DNA from: Candidatus Latescibacterota bacterium
GTDB taxonomy: Bacteria > Latescibacterota > UBA2968
Length of the DNA: 64,000 bases
Direction: 5' to 3'
Assembly (NCBI GenBank): GCA_965204745.1
Contig: OZ242010.1
Span: 4,992,001-5,056,000 of the forward strand
Every line of letters begins with the position of its first letter. Within the stretch, counting starts at the first letter, position 1. Position numbers and translations under genes: made by a program. The notes below the pieces were generated by a model. That model ran no database searches, was not told the origin of the DNA, and worked only from the letters and a program-made list of their open reading frames with translations. Below are positions 1 through 10,009 of the stretch, piece after piece.

Positions 1-29
1 AGTAAATCACATTGACCTCCTCGTCAATT

Positions 30-488
30 TTATATCAACTCCTCGTATCGCGGCAACGCGTTGAGGAAACGATAGGAGTTTTTCGCCCTATCAATCGCGC
101 AACAATAATGCTGCAACCCATTCGTAACGACGAGATACGCGGCCTGCACCACCGAGTTGTATCGCCCAATTTGATCGAATACCCGTTGCGTGATTTTGAC
201 TTCGGGTGCCTTGCACTCTCCCATCAGCAGGGCCTTTCCCGTTGCATCGCACACGAGCACGTCGGCGCGGCACTGCATCCCCTGAAACACGAACCCCGTC
301 TCGATAGCCGTGCGCCCCTGCGGAAAGCCCAAGCCCTCAATTAAATACCGCACAAAATTCTGCCGCACCCATTCCTCGGGCGTCAAGACCACGTACTTCT
401 GCCGCAGGGTATCCAAAATCATCTCGCCCCCATCGCGGTTCACGATGTCAAATCCGGATGAAATGGGAAAATTCAATGTTTTCATCAA
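30..488 (-). CDS. Stand-alone type I restriction enzyme HsdR N-terminal domain protein (HSDR_N_2-like)
   Basis: 152-aa ORF with LTPEEWVRQ, RAD..ECKAP (PD-(D/E)xK-like), Q..RYN and VTNG motifs typical of this family. Confidence 0.85.
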   Translation of the reverse strand: MMKTLNFPISSGFDIVNRDGGEMILDTLRQKYVVLTPEEWVRQNFVRYLIEGLGFPQGRTAIETGFVFQGMQCRADVLVCDATGKALLMGECKAPEVKITQRVFDQIGRYNSVVQAAYLVVTNGLQHYCCAIDRAKNSYRFLNALPRYEELI

Positions 489-493
489 AATAG

Positions 494-553
494 CCCGTGA
501 AACCCCATCGCTTCAGCGCGGGGATATAAGGGCTTGATGAGGCTTTAGCCCTC
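494..553. mobile_element. IS200/IS605-like end remnant (GC hairpin)
   Basis: gcccgtgaaaccccatcgcttcagcgcgggg followed by an agggct...agccct hairpin; a similar sequence lies on the minus strand at about 17785-17814; no transposase nearby. Confidence 0.4.
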
Positions 554-678
554 TAAACTTTTTTGGGGTTACAGCAGTTTTTGTGCAACTAAAAGCCGAT
601 TGTTTTTCGCCTTTTATCTTTTCGTTTTTTGGGCGAGCACGTCGGCATCGCTCCTACACACTGCTCGCCTTTCTTTTG

Positions 679-1932
679 TTATGCTCGCAACGCCGCAACC
701 GGTGCGACCACAGCGGCTCTGCGGGCGGGGATGAGTGCGAATGCGAAGCACAGGCCCACGGAAGCCGCAGAGATCAATGCAAAATCGACCGCCAGCATTT
801 TGACGGGCAATGCCTGAAGAATGTAAATCTGACTGGGCAATTTGATCCATTCAAACGTCTGTTGCGACCAGCACAGGACATAGCCTATCGCATTGCCAAA
901 AACGACCCCGGTCAGGCCAATGCCCAAGCCTTCGAGGGTGAACACCTTGCCAATCGCGGCCGGGGTCGCGCCCAGGGCTTTCAAAATCCCGATATCGCGC
1001 TGTCGGTCTGCGACGGTCATGGTCGAGATACTCGCGATATTGAACCCGGCCACCATCACGATCAGGCACAACACCAAAAAGCCAAATCGTTTTTCCAATC
1101 GGATAGACGCATACAAATTGCGATGCGTGTCCATCCACGTCACGATGTCGTAATCCACCCCAACGCCGAGGGCAGGTGCGACGAGACGCGCTTCAAAGGG
1201 CGCGACGAGCCGAATCTGAATGCCCGAAATCTGATCGCGCCAGCCCAAATCGCGTTGTGCGGCTTCGAGCGATACAAAGGCCAGCGCAGCGTCCAACTCG
1301 TCCAACCCCGTGTGAAAAATACCCGTCACCAGATAGGGCCACACCTGCGGTTGTTGTCCCATCAAAACCTCTTTGGGCACGAGGCCGAGCATGATCTCTG
1401 TGCCGACCACTGCGCCGAGTCTGTCTGCGAGGCTTTGCCCAATCGCCATGCCGTACACTTTGGCGCGTTTTGCCGAGGGCGCGGTGACGGGTTGAACGCC
1501 CAGGTCGAGTTCGCCGCCCCACAAGTACGCGTCTATGTCGGTTATGTTTGCCAACTGCGATGCCTCTATTCCCCGCACGGCGATGCCGACTTGAATCAAA
1601 TCCCCGCCGGGGGGCCGCCGAAGCGCGAAGCCCTCGGCCGCGACAAAAGGCGCGGCAGCGCGCACGGCGGGCAATGCCTCTAATTGTTCGATTTGCACGC
1701 GATTGGGCGACATCGGCTGGGCATGGGGTTTTTGCACCACCACATGCGGGCTGACGCTCAACAGGCTGTCCCACAACAAGCCCGAAAAGCCATTGAAAAC
1801 CGAGAGGACGATCACCAGAGCAGCGACCCCAATGGTCACGCCTGCGATAGCAATGCCCGCGGTCAACGACACCTGACGCTGTGCGCGCATAGCGCGTAGA
1901 TGCCTACGTGCGATGAAAAATTCGTATGTCAT
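679..1932 (-). CDS. Lipoprotein-releasing ABC transporter permease, LolC/LolE family
   Basis: FIARRHL N-terminus, GV.ALVIVLSVFNGF, FNI...V.D..RDIGILKALGA, and C-terminal PARRAA...P..ALR (FtsX/MacB-type permease). Confidence 0.88.
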   Translation of the reverse strand: MTYEFFIARRHLRAMRAQRQVSLTAGIAIAGVTIGVAALVIVLSVFNGFSGLLWDSLLSVSPHVVVQKPHAQPMSPNRVQIEQLEALPAVRAAAPFVAAEGFALRRPPGGDLIQVGIAVRGIEASQLANITDIDAYLWGGELDLGVQPVTAPSAKRAKVYGMAIGQSLADRLGAVVGTEIMLGLVPKEVLMGQQPQVWPYLVTGIFHTGLDELDAALAFVSLEAAQRDLGWRDQISGIQIRLVAPFEARLVAPALGVGVDYDIVTWMDTHRNLYASIRLEKRFGFLVLCLIVMVAGFNIASISTMTVADRQRDIGILKALGATPAAIGKVFTLEGLGIGLTGVVFGNAIGYVLCWSQQTFEWIKLPSQIYILQALPVKMLAVDFALISAASVGLCFAFALIPARRAAVVAPVAALRA

Positions 1933-1943
1933 GTCAGTTGTCA

Positions 1944-2927
1944 ATGCGAATTAAGAGTAGAAAGCGAGTAAGAAGCAAGCCGCGGTCAATCGCCCAAAGA
2001 CATGAACGAGTAAGCCCTCATAGGATCGTACCCGAGACGCCATCGAGATGTTCGTCTTTCGTTCAATCCAACTGAACAAGGCCTCTATAGGCTGTCGCAT
2101 GCTCGAAACCGCCCGAGAAAAGTCTTTTTCGGCCTCGGTCAGGCTTTCTTGTCCCTTCTTTCGCTTCACCGGCGTCTCGAAGATCAGGTTCTGCTGCTTG
2201 CTAAGCGTATCTTTTAAGGGCTGATCGGCGTAGAGTTTATCGCCGTAGAGGTGTCCATCCCGCAAAACGGGTAAGCCTTGTCGCAAAGCGGTCAGGTCAT
2301 GCTCTGCTGCGCCTGTCAAGCCGAAGGACTCTGCTTTGGGCAGGCCATTCGCTCGGTCTTGTGCGACCATGTGCAGTTTAGTGCCGTAATACCACATCTT
2401 TTTGGAAGCGCAGCGGCCTTTGTTGGCCCGTTGTTCTTCAGCCACACATGCCTTTCCGCTACGTGCCGATTGTGCCATGACAATCGGCATGGAATCCACC
2501 AAGTAGGTGTGTTCACAGACATCGGTTGCGGGACTGTCCTTTTGGATCTGTTCAATCAATGGCGCGAAGACCACACACAAGCGGTTCAACCGCTGGATAT
2601 AGCCTGCATAAGTGGGCAGATTGGGAAACCAGTCGAACAGATGATCCTTGGTATAGGTATAAATCGCCTTGATCTGCGTGTGCTGTTGCATGATCCCAAA
2701 CAAATAGATCGTCAGCACTTCTTCATCTGTGAAGGTCGGCGTGTCGTTGTTACTCATGCGTTCCGTATAAAACCACAGATGCTTTTGGTCATACTGCTGA
2801 CAAATATAGACATACAAGTGAATGAGTTTATCTTGCCAATCCATCGCGTGCTCCTTCCTTTAAGGGTGAAATGACTGAGCCCTCAAGAAAAGACAAGTAC
2901 GCGATGGATTCAACTCTTAATTCGCAT
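1944..2927 (-). mobile_element. IS982-family insertion sequence
   Basis: 19-bp terminal inverted repeats with 1 mismatch: atgcgaattaagagtagaa (1944-1962) and ttcaactcttaattcgcat (2909-2927), enclosing a transposase; no flanking direct repeat. Confidence 0.88.
1951..2844 (-). CDS. IS982-family DDE transposase
   Basis: FTDEEVLT, VDSMP, YYGTKLH, LYGDKLY and RQPIE motifs; 297 aa. Confidence 0.9.
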   Translation of the reverse strand: MDWQDKLIHLYVYICQQYDQKHLWFYTERMSNNDTPTFTDEEVLTIYLFGIMQQHTQIKAIYTYTKDHLFDWFPNLPTYAGYIQRLNRLCVVFAPLIEQIQKDSPATDVCEHTYLVDSMPIVMAQSARSGKACVAEEQRANKGRCASKKMWYYGTKLHMVAQDRANGLPKAESFGLTGAAEHDLTALRQGLPVLRDGHLYGDKLYADQPLKDTLSKQQNLIFETPVKRKKGQESLTEAEKDFSRAVSSMRQPIEALFSWIERKTNISMASRVRSYEGLLVHVFGRLTAACFLLAFYS

Positions 2928-5900
2928 CAACAAGTGACGGTGGACTATGCGGACGCGACTAGCGGGACCGCGACTTCGGGAGATGACTACACCGCAATCA
3001 CTGCCGGCACGCTGACGTTCGCGGCCGGTGTGACGCGCGATACCCTTGCCGTGACTGTCCTCGGCGATGCCCTCGATGAGGAGGATGAGACCGTGATCGT
3101 CGAGTTGAGCAGTGCGAGCAATGCGACCTTCACCGGCGGTGGTTCGACCCTCACCGGCACCGGTACGATCACCGATGATGACGACCCGCCGGCGTTGAGT
3201 ATTGCTTCTGCGAGTGTGACCGAGGGCGCCACTGGCGCCATGCCGTCGCTTGAGTTCATCGTCTCGTTGAGCGCGGCGAGTGGTCGGCAAGTGACGGTGG
3301 GCTATGCAGATGCGGGCACCGGGACCGCGACTTCGGGCACGGACTACACCGCAATCACTTCCGGCACGTTGACGTTTGCGGCGGGTGTGACGAGCGATAC
3401 CATTGCCGTATCCGTCACCGGTGACGATGCCAACGAGCCGAATGAGACCGTGATCGTCGAGTTGAGCAGTGCGAGCAATGCGACCTTCACCGGCGGTGGT
3501 TCGACCCTCACCGGCACCGGTACGATCACCGATGATGACGCGACGCCGACGTTGAGTATTGCTTCTGCACGTGTGGATGAGGGCGCCACTGGGGAGACGG
3601 CGTCGCTTGAGTTCATCGTCACATTGAACGCGGCGAGTGGTCGGCAAGTGACGGTGGCCTATGCGGACGCGGGCACCGGGACCGCGACTTCGGGCACGGA
3701 CTACACGGCAATCACTGCCGGCACGCTGACGTTCGCGGCTGGCGTGACGAGCGATACCCTTGCCGTGACTGTCACCGGCGACGACACCAACGAGCCAAAT
3801 GAGACCGTGATCGTCGAGTTGAGCAGTGCGAGCAATGCGACCTTCAGCGGCGGGGGCACGACCCTCACCGGCACCGGGACGATCACCGATGATGACGGCG
3901 TGCCGAGGCTGAGTATTAGGTCGTGTTGACATTTTATTTTTTTCTATCTTATGCTTGCTGATTTAAGGCGTTTGGTCCTTTGATGGCTTAGGTTGCTCTG
4001 ATGACGTTGCGCGAGGGGACCTATCCCCCGGCCCCTTTCCTACGAGGAAAGGGGAGTAAAGCTCCTTTGATGGCTTATCGCTCTGGTTGCTCGGATGGCG
4101 TTGACCGAGGGCATAAAGCGATTAAAAACCCCTCATCAATACCCTCGCAAAACCGCTCACAGTTCCCCCCTTCCTCAAAGGAAGGGGGGTTAGGGGGGTA
4201 GGTCCCGATAAGGAGCGACTGTTCTAGGTTTTCAGACCGAGAGCATATTCTGAGATAGGGCTTGATTTTCTCGATAAACCGAGCCAGTTGCATGGCTCGT
4301 AAATGTCAACACAACCTAGTTCTCCGACTGTGGCCGAGGGGAGCGGTTCCTCATCCCTTGAGTTCATCGTGACGTTGAGCGCGGCGAGTGGTCAGCAAGT
4401 CACGGTGGGCTATGAGGACGCGGGCACCGGGACCGCGACTTCGGGCACGGACTACACAACAATCACTGCCGGCACGCTGACGTTTGCGGCGGGTGTGACG
4501 CGCGATACCCTTGCCGTGACTGTCCTCGGCGATGCCCTCGATGAGGAGGATGAGACCGTGATCGTCGAGTTGAGCAGTGCGAGCAATGCGACCTTCACCG
4601 GCGGTAATTCGACCCTCACCGGCACCGGGACGATCACCGATGATGACGACCCGCCGGCGTTGAGTATTGCTTCTGCGAGTGTGACCGAGGGCGCCACTGG
4701 CGCCATGCCGTCGCTTGAGTTCATCGTCACGTTGAACGCGGCGAGTGGTCGGCAAGTGACGGTGGGCTATGCAGATGCGGGTAGCGGGACCGCGACTTCG
4801 GGAGATGACTACACCTCAATCACTACTGGCACGCTGACGTTTGCGGCGGGTGTGACGAGCGATACCATTGCCGTATCCGTCACCGGTGACGATGCCAACG
4901 AGCCGAATGAGACCGTGATCGTCGAGTTGAGCAATCCGAGCAATGCGACGATAAGCACGGCGACCGGCACCGGAACGATCACCAATGATGATGACCCCCC
5001 GCCGACGCTGTCCGGCTTGGCACTGGTTGCGGTCAAGATAGTCGATCCGCCGGCTAACCCCTCGTTTAAGGATGGACATGCAGACTATACCTCCTTCTCG
5101 TTTGGCTTCAGCACCCTCTTGCCGCAAACGACTTCGCAACCGGTAACAATTACTGGCCCCGCTTCTACAGTTGATAATGTTTATTTTCACTATGTTTGTG
5201 CGGATAAGGATACGCGACAGGTTGACCCTGATGGCAGGGAGGGATGTCGTCAAATCGCAAGCCGTACTCATCCCACATCGATCACGCTCACCCAAGCCGA
5301 GGTTGACCATGGCGGGGTCATGTGGCACGTTTATGATGGGGAGCCTCAAGTCACTGTCATAACAGAGTGGATACCCATTCCCATTCCCGACGCGTCGGTC
5401 ACGCTGATGCCTACCTTCAGCGCGGGGACTACCGCATACACAGGGACGATTGCCTGGAATCGCAACGGTCTGCGGGTTACACCTACTGCCAGTTCGGCCG
5501 CGAGCACGATCAGCGTCAGCCTCAATGGAGGGGGCCTGACCACGGTCGACAGCGATAGCACACACGTCCTCAGTTCCCTGAGTAGCGGTGCCAACACCGT
5601 CTCGGTCACGGTCACTGAAAGATCGAGCTCCATGCCCTACACTGTGACCTTGGCGCGTGGGAACACGGTTCCGTCCTTTGGCTCTGCCTCAGTGGCTACA
5701 CAGACCTTCACCTCTGGGGTGGGCATTTTGGCGTTTCAAGTGCCTGCGGCGACTAGCGGCGATGGTGCTCTTACTTATGAAGCGACCGGCTTGCCTGCGG
5801 GTTTGACCTTTGATGCCGATGGCAGTGGGAGTTGTACCGGCTCGATGGCGCGTACCATCTGCGGCACGCCTACTGCGGGGGGTACTTTCTCCGTCACCAT

Positions 5901-8900
5901 CTATGCGGTGGATGCGGATAACAACAGGACCCCTGCTGATCGCGGCAGTCTGTCGTTCACCATCAATGTGAGAGGGGTCTCGATCTCTTCGACTACCCCC
6001 ACTTCGTTGACCGAGTCCGGTCTGGACGGCGCGACGGTCACGCTGACGTTGCAACATGCCCTATTCAGCAGTGGTGTAAGTGCCTCTCACTTCGCGTTGG
6101 TGACGGCCATCCCGAATGTGTCTATCGCTTCGTTGGGATCGGGTGCGGGTGGTACGAATAGTGCGGTTCTGACGCTGTCCTTCAGCGGCAACTTCACCAC
6201 TGCCCAGACCTTGGCGGTGAGGGTGTTGGCAGCGGGGAATGATGCGAATAGTGCTCTGACCTCGCCTGTAGTGATGGTTTCGCCATCTGCGGGTGTGACC
6301 GTCAGCAGGAGCAGTCTGACGTTAGAGGAGGATCCCGGGGAGTCCAACGCCAACCGCGGCACCTATACGGTCGTGCTGGCTACCCAACCCGCCAGCGACG
6401 TCGTGATTGGCGTCAGTAGTAACAACACCGATGTCACCTTGTCCGCTTCGTCGCTGACCTTCACAAATGGGAATTGGAACACGGCACAGACGGTGACCGT
6501 GACCGCAGGGTCTGATGCCGATGATGCGGACGACACCGCGACTGTGAGTCACAGCGTTACCACCGCTTCGGGAGACTATACGACTGGTCTGTCTATCGCC
6601 AGCGTGACGGTGACGGTGAACGATGACGACATGCTGGTCAAGCCGACGAATGTGCAGGTGACGGCCTTGGTGGATAGCCTATCGGTGAGTTGGGACGCTG
6701 TGACCGGTGCGACGGGTTACAAGGTGCAGTGGAAGTCTGGGAGTGAAAATTATCCCGATGCTGATGGGCATGCGGCGACGCATGGACAGGCGACAGTGAC
6801 TGGTACGAGTCACAAGATTCATGGGCTGACCGCTGGAACGACTTACACGGTTCGGGTGATCGCCACCCGTGCGAATTTCGATGACAGTGAAGCCTCCGAC
6901 AGTGTGACCGGCGTTCCCAAGGCCCCCCAGCCTGTTGCGCCGACGAATGTGCAGGTGACGGCTTTGGTGGATAGCCTCGAGGTGAGTTGGGACGCTGTGA
7001 CCGGTGCGACGGGTTACAAGGTGCAATGGAAGTCTGGGAGTCAGGCATACAACACGACTGACCGTCAGGCCAGTGTGACCGGCGTGAGTCATAAGATTCC
7101 CGGTCTGACTGGCGGCACGGCTTACACGGTTCGGGTGATTGCCACGCGCACGCATGCAGACGACAGTGAAGCCTCCAGCGAGGCGACTGGCACGCCCAAA
7201 CCGACGCTGTCCGGCCTGGCACTGGATGTGATCACGAGAAAAAATCCGCCGGCTGACGCCTCGTATAAAGATAAAGATACAGCCTATACCTCCTTCTCGT
7301 TTGGCTTCAGCACCCTCTTGCCGCAAACGACTGCACAACCGGTAACGATTACTGGCCCCGCTTCTAATAATGATCATTCTTATTATCACTATGTTTGTGC
7401 GGATAAGGATACGCGACGGGTCAACCCTTCTGGCAGGGCGGGATGTCGTCAAATCTCAATCCTTACTCATCCCACATCGATCACGCTCACCCAAGCCGAG
7501 GTTGACTCTGGCGGGGTCATGTGGCACGTTTGGGATGGGGAGCCTGACATCACTGTCATGACAGCGTGGATATCCATTCCCATTTCCGAGTCGGTCACGC
7601 TGATGCCATCCTTCGCCTCGTCCATAGTCAACTACACTGGGAGCATCCCCTCCATCACCGATTCCCTTCGGGTCACGCCCACGGCTAGTTTGGGCACGGC
7701 TACCATCGAGCGAGGTCGGCATCACTGGGGGGGACACGACCACGGTCGTCAGCGGTGACACACATGTCCTCAGTTCCCTGAGTAGCGGTGCCAACACCGT
7801 CTCGGTCACGGTCACTGAAAGCTCGCAATCCACGACCTACACGGTGACCGTGTCTCGTGGTAACGCGGTTCCGTCCTTCGCTAGCTCAGTGTCTGACAAG
7901 ACCTTTAATGCGGACGTGAGCATTTTGGCGTTTCGAGTGCCTGCGGCGACTGGCGGCGATGGTGCCCTTACCTCTATACAGCGACCGGCTTGCCTACGGG
8001 TTTGACCTTTGATGCCGATGGTAGTGGGGCTTGTCCTGGCCTGATGACCGAGGCGCGTACTATCTGCGGCACGCCTACTGTGGGGGGTACTTTCCCCGTC
8101 ACCATCTATGCGAGGGATGCGGATGCCGACAGGACCCCTGCTGATCGCGCCAGTCTGTCGTTCACCATCAAGGTGCCAAGGGTCTCGATCAGCGAGAGTA
8201 GCCTGGCGTTAAATGAGGATCCCGGGGGTTCCAACGCCAACCGCGGCACCTATACGGTCGTGTTGGAGCTCCAACCCGCCAACGACGTCGTGATTGGCGT
8301 CAATAGTAACAACACCGATGTCACCTTGTCCGCTTCGTCGCTGACCTTCACAAACGGGAATTGGAACAGCCCACAGACGGTGACCGTGACCGCAGGGTCT
8401 GATACCGATGGCTTGAACGACACCGCGATAGTGAGCCACCGCGTTACCACCAATTCGGGAGCCTATAGGACTGGTCTGCCTATTCCCAGCGTGGCGGTGA
8501 CGATCACCGATGATGACGAGCCGGTGGTGAGTATTGCTTCTGCACGTGTGGATGAGGGCACCACTGGCGCCACGGCGTCCCTTGAGTTCATCGTCACGTT
8601 GAGCATAGCAAGTAGTCAACAAGTCACGGTGGACTATGCAGATGCGAATACCGGGACCGCGACTTCGGGCACGGACTACACCGCAATCACTGGCGGCACG
8701 CTGACGTTCGCGTCAGGTGTGACGAGAGATACCATTACCGTGTCCGTCACCGGTGACGACACCGCTGAGTCGGATGAGACCGTGGTCGTGACGCTGAGCA
8801 ATGCGAGCAATGCGGCGATAAGCACGGCGACCGGCACCGGAACGATTACCGATGATGATGGCGAGCCGACGGTAACACTGTCGCTATCGGCGTCGACGAT

Positions 8901-9585
8901 TTCGGAGAACGGCGGGGTTTCGACAGTGAGCGCGACGCTGTCGCATCCATCGAGCGCGATCACGACGATCACGGTCTCTGCGGCACCTGTGTCCCCTGCG
9001 ACTGCGAGCGACTTCACGCTATCGAGTGCAGACACCCTGATCATCGCGGCGAGTGAGACGACGAGCACGGGCACCGTGACGATCACCGCAGTGGACAACG
9101 ACGACCGGGCAGGCGATAAGACGGTCACGGTGTCTGCAACCGCAAACAACGCCCAAGGCATCACCGCACCCGAACCCGTGACCCTGACCATTACCGATGA
9201 CGAACCGAGTGCCAACTTGGATGTAGATGGCGATGGCCGGGTGAGACTGTTCTCGGATATAATCCTGGTCATTCGATATGTCCTCTTCTTCCGGGAAGAG
9301 GCCCTCCTCAGAGGGAACGTCATCGAGCCAACTGCCACGCGCACGACTGCTCAACAAATTGAACCCTACCTCGACATATTGGTCAATCAGAACATTCTCG
9401 ATGTGGATGGCGATGGCGATGTGAGGCTGTTCTCGGATATAATCCTGATCATTCGATATGTCCTCTTCTTCCGGGAAGAGGCCCTCCTCAGAGGGAACGT
9501 CATCGAGCAAAATGCTACGCGCACGACCGCTCAACAAATTGAACCCTTCATCCGAAGCCTCTATCCCGACTCTCACTTCGAATGA
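2928..9585 (+). pseudogene. Giant repetitive surface protein (Calx-beta, cadherin-like beta-sandwich, putative Ig, 2x FN3, C-terminal duplicated dockerin-like motif), fragmented
   Basis: ORFs 2871-3929, 4303-7758 and 7990-9585 join into one reading frame once the MITE (3919-4316) and two small insertions (about 7710 and 7973) are removed. The 5' end is cut by IS982. Repeats seen: GTATSGTDY/TLTFAAG/GTITDDD (Calx-beta), VSWDAVTGATGYKVQWK (FN3), and 2x LDVDGDG..LFSDIIL.IRY. Confidence 0.85.
3919..4316. mobile_element. Non-autonomous MITE (IS5-like ends, TA target duplication) carrying REP-like hairpins
   Basis: TIRs ggtcgtgttgacattt / aaatgtcaacacaacc; TA on both sides (3917-3918, 4317-4318); excision restores the in-frame sequence L-S-I-S-S-P-T. 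Confidence 0.88.
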
Positions 9586-9803
9586 AAGCCTGTTCCCTGA
9601 CCGCCACAGATGAAGATGGCGAGATTGGATGCGAGGACAGGCACAGGGACCTGTCCCTACGGGTGATGGAGGGTAGGTGGAACTGAACTGATCGCTGGCC
9701 CCTTGGGGCGCGGCCGGGGTCACGCACACGGCGGGGTAGGGGCGGGAAGGGAACGCACGGGCGGATAGGCGGAGCAGATGGGCACGCACACGGCGCAAAA
9801 AAC

Positions 9804-9837
9804 AAAAGCCCGGGGTCGCTAATGACTCCGGGCTTTT
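9804..9837. terminator. Bidirectional intrinsic terminator
   Basis: aaaagcccggggtc-gctaat-gactccgggctttt hairpin with A/T tails. Confidence 0.75.
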
Positions 9838-9846
9838 CTGCAAGTC

Positions 9847-9865
9847 ATGCGAATTAAGCGTTGAA
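9847..9865. mobile_element. Orphan IS982-like terminal repeat
   Basis: atgcgaattaagcgttgaa matches the reverse complement of 2909-2927 at 18 of 19 positions. Confidence 0.6.
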
Positions 9866-10009
9866 CCATATCAATCCGTGGTTGCTTTTTCCGCTCGTGC
9901 GTTTTAGATTCGCTCTCCCATTTCCCCCGCACGCCTTTCTCCCTTTATCCGTGTTCATTCGTGGTTGAGATGTCCTTCCCCCAACATCTCCATTTACAGG
10001 AGTTTGTTG

